Below the pieces are notes generated by a model. It was not told the origin of the DNA. It saw nothing but the letters and a program-made list of their open reading frames with translations, and made no database searches. From assembly GCA_964035545.1 (NCBI GenBank), contig OZ037768.1:1768741-1832740 (forward strand): DNA of 64,000 nucleotides, read 5' to 3'. The translations under genes and the position numbers were made by a program. The stretch's first letter is position 1, and every line of letters begins with the position of its first letter. Shown here piece by piece: positions 1 through 12,030 of this stretch. Source of the DNA: Bugula neritina. Lineage: Eukaryota; Animalia; Bryozoa.

Positions 1-67
1 CGAAGGCTAGCTTTTTTATCAGGAACGACAGTTTCGTTTTTGACAGGCAGTGCTGTAGTTTTGGCAT
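1..67 (-). other. Possible internal exon running off the left edge of the window
   Basis: Minus-strand pyrimidine tract plus TAG acceptor (ttttctacttttag) followed by stop-free sequence to position 1 in two frames. Too short to identify. Confidence 0.3.
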
Positions 68-3000
68 CTAAAAGTAGAAAAGTAAAACAATGCTTTAGTG
101 TTTTGAGTTTGGAAGTCCCAAGAAATGGGGGGGGGGACAAGAAGGGAAAAGAGAAGACAACTGCAGTGTGAACTCAACTGAAGGAAAAACTGAGTTTATA
201 GATTTATTGACTCAGAATCTGTACTTCAACTTAAAGCCTGAGTATAACTGTATATGAAACATCTGAAACTAAACTAACAACTAGAAACTGTATGTAGGTG
301 CCCAGCTTAATGCCCCACCGTTAAATCTATTAGCCCCAAAACCATATACTTTATGCGTTATTGAATTTATATAAGGCTACAGTTTTAAATAAAAATCCAA
401 ATAACCAACTTTACAGGATGTGCGAGAGTGTGTTACTCATAACATTTCTTTTGAAAATTTAGCGCATACAACGAGTCATCTTTAATTAATTTTATATTAT
501 TAAAGTCCATTTTTATGTCTCTTTAAATAAAAGTGTACTTTAACATGCAGTGATGAACCTACAATGAATGCTACAAAATTCAAACAGCAATGACAAAACA
601 ACAGACAAATAAAATATAATTGTCAGGTAATGCCTAATTAACTACTGACTATTTTAGGCAGACTAATTGTTATATAACAATATTATATATATAATGCATT
701 ACAACTACAATATGGTACAAATATTATGTGATATTATGCTCACCATTCCGAAGAAATCAATTATAAAGTTACTTTCATAATCACAAAGAACTTGTTTCTA
801 GTACAAATATTTCTGGAGCGGGTTTGATTTTTGATGAAAAAATTGATATCATCCACGACTGCTATAAAATATTATTTAGAGAACCAGTAATGAAGGATTA
901 TGTAATGTAAATACAGTAGGCGAGTATTGGCTTGTTATACCAGCAGATGCAAATAAAAGCCTCACTGGTGAGATGTGAAAGCTGAACTCATGAATAAAAA
1001 GCTTGTTTTTTACATTTTAATTGCTTTTCAAGTAGCGGCTAGTAATTAAAATATTTTTTGACCTTACTTTGAATATAAATGAATTAGAAATGTAAACATA
1101 GTAACTTCAGCATTAAGCAAAATAGAAAGCTACATGCATATATGTGAGTATACATTTTAGTATGGCTTGAGTTCACCTACTCTGCGAGAGTTCAGGCTAT
1201 TTGATCAAAAACAACTCTAAAATATTTTCCTGTTACCAATTAAGATGACAGCAAATGCGGTAATGACAACATTTTGAACTTGTATCCAGCTAAATGCATT
1301 CCAGTAATGTAATACTTTTAGCATATATGATCATAGCAGTTGCGTGAAATGAAAAAAATGCAATTTGCAGTGATTATTTGATTAAATTCAAAAGTCTATA
1401 TTTTTATACAAAATTCTGAAAAAATAATTGAGAAATGTTGCATGTAATAATGCTTGATTCTACATGGTTATAACATATGTTTAAAATGAGCAAACTTGCT
1501 TATTGTTTCATAGTTGTTATCCTTTAGTAGAGGAGCTTGTGATAACTTAAACTATGCTACAGACGACCATTTAGTAGGAGGATATATCTATTCATCTAAA
1601 CTAATGCAGCTGTTTCACTTTGAAGTTATCTACTTCTGTTCAACTATACCTAGTTATAATCACCAGTGAGCGAAATGAGCTGTTGTGTGCGGTTTTCAGG
1701 CGGATTCCATGTGAGCAAAACTGGAATGGCCAGTGCGGAAAGTTGGTATGGATTTGATCTAATTCTAATTGGCCGATTAGCGATTGCCATTTAACTAGCA
1801 CATTTTTCAAATTTTAAGCTCATGTGTTTACTTTCTAGCGATTGAATTGTTTTCATTTTCTGTATTTATATCTAAAGTCATTTTTTTGTTGCAAAGCAGA
1901 TGACGTAGCTAAAGTCTGCAGGTGAAAGTGAAAGTTGAATGCAAACAGCATTAGCTAACCGTAACAAATTTCTCTCCTCTGGTTGTTTGGGCAATGAATT
2001 TTCACACATTTGGATTCATGTGCTCCATCCCCATCTCACCCCCCCCCCCACCCTCCCCTCCCAGCAGCGAAGATCTAAATATTTGCTTAGGTTGGATTTA
2101 TAATTTATAGTCTGACATTCTAGCTCACAGTCAAGCAATTTTTCATGCTACAAAATAACACTGGGAATAGTGCTATTTGATACACCCTGCAGCTTCATTT
2201 AATAAAAAGGGTGTACGAAGAGAGTAAACTTCAGATGTGATCATTAACTGAGGACATAAAGTTTGCTATATTCACAGTAACAAGTAAGAATAACAGAGAA
2301 TGTAAAACATACCTAGCGTTGATACCCACAGAACTAACCAAAGTTCTCCAATCAAGAGAATGAGTAACCATCTGAGTGACCTATGCATTTCTCTGAGGCA
2401 GCAGTGAAGCCAGACAGCAGCGACTCTACGACTGTAGCAGAATAAATGATACCCTCCAGAAGAATGTATATAATATCTCAAGCATTACATAACATCACAA
2501 ATGGCTGAGATCCACCCCCTTTGCCTCGGTCTCCATTGGCTCAAAGTTACATGACTACATGACAGAGGTTAAATGATTTAAAATCTTGCACTGTGCAATC
2601 AATTTATAACATTATTATGTTGGAAAAATAGTATGATAATGTAATAACCATATAATTAGTATGGAATATAATAGCATGGTGAATACATTTATTCATGTAC
2701 ATAGTACTGGTGTTGTACAGTCATACTAGCTCCATCTGGTTAAGATATGATTGCATAGCTAGTGGAAGTCAGTGACTACGCTGCCCGGCACCATCTACAT
2801 TTCCAGCTGGGATAATCATTATAGTAATGGCAGTAATTGTAGAATATATGTACTGTGAACTAGCAGTTAGTTAATTCTCCTTCAGTGGAATGACCAGTGA
2901 GTGTTGGTTTGAGTAACTTCCGAGCCTCCATGCTAAGGTTTAGCCACATGAAGCCAATATCTGCTGCCGCAGCTGTCTGCTGCAATATCTCGTCAGCAGG

Positions 3001-3914
3001 AATAAAACTCAAGTGACCTATTGCACTTGCCAATGGGTTTAACACCAAGTTATTAGTCTTTTCATTCCATCGCTTGCAACTTTCCATAATACACGATTGA
3101 TTGGAACGCAAACACATAAAACTGAAACTTAAAAATTGGACTCACTAAATAGCACTTAGCCAATTATATTATTACTGCAAACGCTTTTCACAGCTCTATT
3201 TTGTCACCTGTGCAAAGTTTCTGTTATTGCGTCTCTTGACAGAACCGTTAATAACACAGATTCTTCTTCAGTCCCATAATTTTTATAACCTCAATCTCAA
3301 GTGAAAGAAGCTTTTAGGATGACCATTGTTTTAGATTGGCTATAAGCCGCCTCAATCGATGTTGGAAACATAAACTGAGAACTTGGCTATAGCACAAAGT
3401 GCTCTTCCTCCCCCCCCCTCCCCCAACAGCTCTTTAGGATGTTAAACCTAACACAGTATTCACTACTTAGGCTAGCCTCAGGACCCCATAATGTAAACAG
3501 CTATTACTGCGCTATAGTGTGTGAGCTGTGAGCATGCGCAGCCTTTCTGTCTATTAGCCGTCTGCTGTCAATTAAAACCATGTGTAGTTAGTTCAGTATA
3601 CAGTGACAACTGCATGCTCACATGACACGCTGAGTCATGATTAAACAGAAATAACTATTATAGCATTGATATAACAAATGTAACTTAGAAAAGCAAGGCT
3701 GCGTTATTTTACTGTACAATTAGTATGATATATTGTATAGTAACATTGCTTTCAGATTTGCTTCTTTATGTCTTATAGGTATTCTGAGCTCTGTGTAGTT
3801 TTAGAATGATTTGACCATTGTCCCAGTTATTTAGGTTATACACCTCCATTGCATGTCTAGCTACTATCTACGTACGAACCTATGGTATGGTATGGTGCTC
3901 ATATGGGTTTATAA

Positions 3915-4086
3915 GCACCATCCCTGTGAGAATCTAATTGGGCTAAGGACTTATTCACTTTTACGGCAAAAGATCAATTATGACTAAATGCTTTTCCTAA
4001 CATCACCAGCAACCTTTCCCTGGGATTCAAACCATTAACTTATGTTTACTAAATGAATGATCTAACCCCTAGGCCAGGGCTGCTAG
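3915..4086 (-). mobile_element. tRNA-headed SINE copy, family A (degenerate)
   Basis: Shares caccat..tgtgaga, gactaaatgc.tttcctaacatca, attcaaaccatt and tctaacc..tag with the copy at 15846-16039. Confidence 0.6.
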
Positions 4087-5472
4087 TTTATGCTATTAAA
4101 AAATAAAGTTATAAGAGCTGAAATACTGTAAGATATTGAGCAGATAACCCCCAAACCCCTCCCCCTTGCTTCTGAACAATTATAAGCTGCATACTTTGCA
4201 CTAAGTTAGTTCAAAACAATTTAACTGATTCAGTATTGACATAATCTAATTTAATGCATCACTTTATGCTAGTCGTGAATGTTACAGCTGCTCTTCCATC
4301 ACTAACAGTCTTTGTTGCTGTTTCCTGGCATGCTATGTCCACATTGCACTGTCCAACTCTACAACTTTCACTGGGCAAACAACTCCTTAAACTGCAGTAG
4401 CATTTGTTGCCTAGCAACTCAGTTCTGTTGATTGACTTATAGATATGACTCAGATTGGATGGAATAACCCTGCACATTCACAAAGATATCCGCAAGCATA
4501 GGGCAATCTTTCCTGTGAGAAAGGCAGACCTAAAACCGGGAGATATTAAATTGGGTGCTAAGATAAAAGCATTTTATATGAAAATTAACTTGAATTGTTA
4601 CCCTTATAGCTTGATTAAAATGTGTCAATGCAATAAAAGTAATTGTAATCATGAAAAAATTTAATAAAGCCTGTGTTCTAGATTAAAAAATTAGCAAAAG
4701 AATTATGTTCTCTTGAGCATTTCAACCCAAAGCCGAAATACATTAAAAATCCTGAGGAATAAAAGCTTTTGACAAAAAATTGTCACTGCACTCAAATGTG
4801 CCATAGCTACTCTTTAAATATAGAACCTGTTTAGGTAACTATAATTATATTGTATATATATTTAAATCTTTATCTGTTGAGGTTTCACATTGCTGGTCTG
4901 AATTTAAAGTTTAGAAACTTGAATATTTCATATAGTAGGTGTGGCTTGTTTAGATACTAACATTTGGTAGGCACGGCTTGTTTAGACACAACATTATTTT
5001 TAGAACACAGGTTTCATTGAATTAATGCATGTACATATTATGTTGATAATTCATAACATGTTTTAGGTGCTTGCCTTCCTATGGTTACTATATTTACAAC
5101 TAAAAACTCAAGAGTTAAATATTATAGTCTAGTTTAATAGCTTGTACACTGCGTTATAAACATTGCATTGTATTTTATTAATTTAGTTTACCAATTTTTA
5201 TCATATTTCTTCCATAGCATAATTTGTCAAGTGAGTAAAATAAGAAGTGCTACGCAATGGAAAGTGGTTAAAGCTTACAAAATACTTAACAATGACAGCT
5301 AGGTTTGGTATATTGTTATAGAACACCATCAAAATATAACTAACATGCTATAAATAAAGCCGTATTTTAGATGACAATATAAATATTTCTAAGTTTATTG
5401 TAATAGCCATCCTGGCTGTTTAATGTGACCAGGGATCATAGGAACCACCCGTTTGCAAACTATAAAACTTTT

Positions 5473-5548
5473 GCTCCCATTAGGAATTGAACCACAGACC
5501 TCCAGCTTGCAAACCTACTAGCACGTTAACCACTACACCACAGAGACT
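5473..5548 (-). mobile_element. tRNA-like element (SINE head or tRNA pseudogene, Ala-TGC-like loop)
   Basis: Minus strand reads agtctctgTGGTGTAGTGGttaacgtgct...tttgcaa...GGTTCAATTCC, containing Pol III box A and box B. The acceptor and anticodon stems pair poorly. Confidence 0.5.
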
Positions 5549-6812
5549 ACTGGGTAACCTCGGCACTAAACGTACTCAATTTATTGTAAAGAATTTATAT
5601 CAACCTTTATATTATATTTGATACTAAAAACGTAGACACTATAACTGTATAGCAAATTATTCAACATTTATAACTCGTAACATTAAAACAAAGAATATTG
5701 TTTATAACAACAGTGTTGGTTTGAGCTAAAACTTTTATTACAAGGCACAGAACTTATAGAAGGCATTTTTTAACAAAGTAAAAGTAAAATTAAAATGTTT
5801 TGATGCGTCATTAATCGGGTGGCACTAACGCTCAGGAAAATATGTTTGAAAATTTGCTCTCACTAATTCTGAAATGTACAATTATAGTATGATTTACAAT
5901 TGAGACATTAAAACATACTATAGCAACATAGCAACTTGGAGGTTATACTACATACATAGCTTTACTTACATCAAAATATGATGAATTCTGTTTAATGTAT
6001 AATACGCTTTGTATAATATTAACATACATTTGTATCAGTTGAAACATTATGCCACATGATTAGCTATTCACAGTGGCAGCCTTTTGCATCTTTGGAAAAT
6101 GAAAGTAAATAAAACATTGAAAACCAGTGAACCTGTCAATTTAAATCTAAACCTTTGTTTTACACTGTGAATTAGTCAGTAACCAGATATGTGATTCAGA
6201 TAACCAATAATCAATTGATTTATTGAACAGGTTTGTGTACTCTGTTGATGCCTCCATTATGTCTAAGCTTTACGTTTTATTATACATATCTAATTCCCTT
6301 AGTTAATTATTCCAATTTATAGGTGTTATGCTATACACATGATATCTTTTGAGAGAACACAAATAATGATATTTAACACGAAATCATTTATTTCGGTGTA
6401 ATGTTTATTTATATAGCGAATAGCATTATGAACTCTACTGGGGGGATATTAGGCACGGTCGATATTGATCTATTATATAGATATACATGGATTGCCCTTA
6501 ATACAAAAAGAGAGAAAAGAAGTAAGTAGACATTAAATATTTGTTTTGAAAATACTAATATATCATGTTCGTGTTAAGTTGTAAGATATTGGATTACGTT
6601 GCTATTGATAGAGTGCATTGATGTTGTTAACGTGATTTATGATAACAACATCCACTCATTGAAACAAAAATAATCTCATGAATAGTGGAACATAATGAGT
6701 TGGTGATAAGCATTGTGCTGAGTTAATTGCAAGTTATGTATACGCTGCCATTAGCTCTATCGGTCAGATTTTACTTTGAAAGGCAGCAGTGGGCCGAGTA
6801 GGCTGTTACATA

Positions 6813-9800
6813 ATGGAGTGGTTTATGTCAGATGATTTATTCGGGATCAACCAGATATATGTGGGGAGATTTTTCACTGAGGTTAGTTAGTACTACTAGT
6901 GCAATATAGTATTGCTAGTGTAATATAGTATTGCTAGTGTAATATAGTATTGTTAGTGTAATATAGTATTGCTAGTGTAATATAGTAAATTACTAGTGTA
7001 ATATAGTATTGCTAGTGCAATATAGTATTTTTAGTGTAATATAGTATTGCTAGTGCAATATAGTATTGCTAGTGTAATATAGTATTACTAGTGTAATATA
7101 GTATTGCTAGTGTAATATAGTATTGCTAGTGTAATATAGTAAATTACTAGTGTAATATAGTATTGCTAAGGTGTTGTTACCATTAACATCATTACTTAGT
7201 TCTGTAGTATTATAAAACAGAGTGTGACTTCAGTGTTTACAGCTAGTAACTGAAAAAACATAGCCTGTACAAATTAACAATTTTATTAAAGAAAAGTCCT
7301 AAATATGCACACCTGTACAATATTGTAAGAAATAGTAAATACAAAGTGAAATACAACTAATATATGAATTAATACTTTTCATATTCTTTTAATATTTTGC
7401 ACTTAGATATTGGAATTTGCTGCTACACTAAAGTAACATGGCTTCGATAATCTTAGAGAGTAAATATTTTATAGGAAGTTCTCCAGATTGTATTTTGCAA
7501 GATATGGAGCGCCTACATAATAAAGACATATTTATCTAAACTGCTAGCTGTACATTTTATGTTTGAGATTGCTTTTGTAATAGTCTGGAGTTTTTCTTAT
7601 AAGTACAGACTAGCATGTAACCATGCAATCTCATGCTACTTTAGCGACTCCACTTTGCTGTAAAGGAAGGAGACATAGATGAGGCCGAGGAACTGCTGGA
7701 AGAACCAGGCGCTGACATAAACTGCTGCTACGTGAGTGTTGCTGCTTAGTATAATATGTTAGACATTTTCTAATCTTTGTGTATGGTTTGATATTTAGCA
7801 ATTGCTAGCTATTAGTTGCTAGTTGCTAGTTGTTAGTTGGTAGTTGCTAGTGGCTAGTTGCTAGTTGCTAGTTGTTAGTTGTTAGTTGGTAGTAACTGCA
7901 GTTAATAAAATGATTAATATATTATATTATAGCCGCAGAGGTGTTTAGTTTCATTTTGTTATAAAGCAGGTTGAAATTGAAAACAATCATGAAAAGCGTT
8001 TACTAAGTTAGCTCTGAAGTACTTATTTTTAAAGACGGGAAGTTAAAACCCACTTGACCTTGAAAGGTTGACCCTGTATCCAATCTATGTAATGTGTTCA
8101 ATAGGCCAGCCTCTCTTTACAGAAAGGTTTCTGTTGACAATGCAACTTGTATAGAATGAGTGTAGAGGCAAATCCTTAAATTCCCTTCTCTCAAAATATT
8201 AAGTTTAACACATAACATGCGTATATAAACTAGCATTGTCGCTATAATGTAGTGAGAAGTTATTTTTAAAAAGCAGCAGCTTATAGAAATGTAGATATAT
8301 AAAATAAATAAAGTACAATGTAATAAGTGCTATACAATTTTTCTTATAATGTTTGTCTAAATACACTGTTGGCCTGTAGTTAACAAAGTAAAAATACTGT
8401 TGTGGCTTTGGTGTGTGAGATAAATATTTATTGTAGTTTATAGCAGACTGAAAGAAATAGCGATAAGTATAAGAACCATGGCTTCAAAATAAAATCCTTC
8501 AGCACAGTCATATGTGATCCTTTTACTTTAAATTAATCTTAAATAGAATAAAATTAAATTTGTCTCAGTAACTGTATTCTTGCAATGTAAAAGCCAGCTT
8601 TATATACATGGATATATGTATTGTTCTTTCACAGGTTATAATAAAACTTCACATAAAGTATGAATAAAATTCAGTTTTATTCTTAACTTCAGTCTGTTAA
8701 CACAGAATATGAAATCTTTAAGCGATTCCTCTGCATTACTAATACAACTGCATACTAGAATAAAACAAATAATGGCTGTTTAATTTCTCATTTGTTAGTT
8801 TGGAGAAAACCTGCTATGGACAGCAATTATGAACAAGCAAGAAGAAATGGCGAGGTTTCTCATAGACAATGGAATTGATACAACCTTCAGATCTTGCAGA
8901 ATAGTAAGTTTATGCAGCTTTTTTTGGTAGTATTTAACTATAAAATAATACTATGCTACACATTTGTTAAGTATGCATGATTGAGAAAAAGTAAAGAATA
9001 GGAGTTGTCCTCCAAATTATTGCAGTTTCTGACAAAACAACTCTAGAGTTTAAAATAAAGTTCTTTTAATATAAAAGCAAATACATAGCTTCAAAAAATA
9101 AATTACACTTTCAATAATATTTTTTTGCTTCTTTGAAATATTGTAATATATAAATTGCTTTCAAGCATGGAACTGTTTAACTAGTGCTAGTGATAATGCT
9201 GCAAGGGGTTGCAGGGTATGACAACTCTAAGCAAAGGCAGAGATATAACTTTGAATAATGCTCTCAATCGTTTTGAAAGCTCTAAACTCTGTGTTGCAGG
9301 AACTTCGGGAAGATGAAGATGAAGAAATAAAAGATGAGAAATTTCAAAAGAAGCACAAAGTTACGATAAACCTACCTAGCAACATACCTGACAATTCACC
9401 TGACAATTTACCTGACAATTTACCTGAAAACCTACCTAGCAACAATAAACTAACAACAAAATCGCATGAGATCGAAGGAAGTGATGATGCAATAGTAACA
9501 GCAACAGCAGATGTATTTGTGATCAACTGCAGACAGCTAGCTTATGAGAAAGAGATGTTGGATATAGTGAATCTAATAGACTACAAGCAAGGCTGTCTAC
9601 TACGTACACTCAAGCCCCCTAACCATCCAGTACGATTGATCAAGTCAGCCAGAGTTGCAAATAACGCTGCCGACATCGCCCTACCCCCTGACAAAGCTGG
9701 AAGGAGCTCCGCTAACATACACAGGAGAAAATACAGAAAAGCAAGAGAAAAGCATAACTTAATTATACCATCATCAACAGGACGTCATCTGGGAAGAGAA

Positions 9801-10325
9801 ATAAGACAGGAGGAAACAATTACGAACATTAGTCAAGTTCCACTGCTAGACGCAGCGTACCAGCAAGATGTAGTAGCTAAACGGAAGGCGTCTGCTGCGA
9901 TATTAGCAACTAAAAATAGACACGTGTTTAGTTCATTCAATGATTATGACTCACACAATAAACCAAGACAGAACAGTGCAATGATACGCTTGACTAAAGC
10001 AGCATTGATGAGGCAACGAGCTGCCTCTGCTGCTTCGACAGCTGACGAGCAACAATTAACGTTGCGTCATCCAGAAAGTGTTGAAACCTCACCACGTGTC
10101 ACCACACCTGGTCTCCGAGCAGACTATGACCGCAGAGTCAAGTCAAGGTCGTTTGTCGATGCTCCAGCAAGGCCAGTGAGCTACAAGCCTTCCCCGACTA
10201 GTTACGGTAACCACTTGCCATTTAGACGCAAACCTCCTCTTCCTGCATACAGCAAGTTTGTAGGAAACGTGCTGAAGAGGTCCCTGCATTGCTATCAACA
10301 CAGCACTGCACACGCTCTACACTAG
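6813..10325 (+). CDS. Ankyrin-repeat protein with long basic, low-complexity C-terminal tail (4 exons, about 428 aa)
   Basis: Exons 6813-6881 (MEWFMSDDLFGINQIYVGRFFTE), 7645-7731 (RLHFAVKEGDIDEAEELLEEPGADINCCY), 8799-8903 (FGENLLWTAIMNKQEEMARFLIDNGIDTTFRSCRI) and 9300-10325. All introns are GT-AG, phase 0, and in frame with the 9258 ORF. LHxA..G....V..LL..GADIN and GxxxLxxA.........LI..G.D match the ankyrin consensus. Confidence 0.8.
6893..7168. repeat. 19-bp minisatellite starting just after the ankyrin-gene exon 1 donor
   Basis: (tagtgtaatatagtattgc)n, about 14 copies; the donor GT is at 6882. Confidence 0.9.
7800..7893. repeat. 7-bp repeat (gctagtt)n
   Basis: Tandem ttgctag/ttgttag units read directly from the sequence. 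Confidence 0.8.
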
Positions 10326-11722
10326 TTCCGATAAAACTGTGCGTATAATGTGTACTAGCTGCAGGGAATGTGGGGAATGTGATACAATACTGAATATAAA
10401 TGTATGTATATTATATAATATATATAATTTATACCATATAATATATATTATGTACAATATTGTGTATATATTATATAATATACGTGCATATACATTATAC
10501 ATAGTGTTTATCAGCCTATTGAGGCTGATTTAAACTAGTTTAACAAATTTATTCAATATTGTTAATAAATAATCACTATTTCATATTTTCAGAAAAATTT
10601 AATAAATAGTGTTATTTGTTTCACAAATCAGAGCCAGGTTATTAATAAGGAAAACTTCCCCAATTGTTTTAACCTAAAGTTAAAGTTTTAAAATTTGTAT
10701 AGGCAAACGCAATAAATGATATTACTATATTACATAATACAGCATTGTCTTATATACATGTATGTTAAAAAATATGAATAATTTATTATTACGTTGATTC
10801 TGGTTTCCATACAAATTGCTGCAAATGCACAAGTTTATTAGAATAAAGTTTGTCAGCTAGGCCTGGACTACATACACTGTGAGACTATTATTAAGTCGGA
10901 TAGTACCGCCCCAACTTCCTGTAAAAACTTTTATATAATTGTAAAGTTTTCAACTATCTGATTCTAATCTGTATATTCTATAATATAAAGAAACAACAAA
11001 CTGAAAGATATATATATATATATCTATGTAATGATATTGCATAATAAATTGATGGACCACTTTTGCTCTGCATATCATTGGATTTATTTTTCTAAGGCAC
11101 ACACCTTTATCTGGGGTAAATTTAATTATTGTCAAAATATAGAATAGTATTGAAAAGTGCTAAAAATCTTCTTTCCTCTTGCCTCAAAGAAGGTAATAAC
11201 GTATGTTGCATTTGAATTCAAGGCAGCAGTAATTAAAAATGTACTAACACTATAAACTATATGCTAAAACTATTTATCTATCAAAGGAAGACAACTCCAA
11301 CAAGCAATTCATATTATATATATTACACAGGCGGCTATTGTGATGGTTTACAATGAGCACTTACAATGTTTAGATATTGAGAAACTCAAGTAGAGTATAG
11401 CTGCTCAACATTGATTGAAGTAATCATTCAATTACACTCGTTGAGATACGAATAAAAGACTAATGAAATCATCTGTAGTGTCAACTGTGTATCCCAGCCA
11501 CTCACCGCCCCTGCTGAGCAATTCCAGCCTATCAAAATTCCACAATGACATGAGAATAAAAATATTCTAATGATGGCGGACATAATTTGTTTGTGTAATT
11601 ACAATTAGATGTCGTTGTCTCTGTTGTGTCCATCGTAATTTTATCATCTGAATGCTTAGCAGTTGATAATTATTTAGAAATTTGAACGCTTGTCACTCAC
11701 ATGTCGTGAGTAGATTTCTAAG

Positions 11723-11948
11723 ATGGATTGTTTTGGGATCCCGAGTAGTCAGTCAAAGCATAGCATAGTCAACTTACTGGGAATAGAGTCTGGAGGGAGG
11801 GCAGCCACAGCCACCGCACTAACTTCTGGAAATAAAAAGAGAAAGTCTAAACAGAGGAAAAGAAAGTTGCCAGCAACTGGTAAATATAGCAAACTCTTAC
11901 ACTGTGTCATTTGTATATTTGCAATATGATATATATAATAATATATTG

Positions 11949-12030
<82 letters not shown>

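Noticed and set aside
5473-5548. Functional tRNA-Ala gene
   Set aside because: Boxes A and B are present but the stems pair poorly; kept only as a tRNA-like element.
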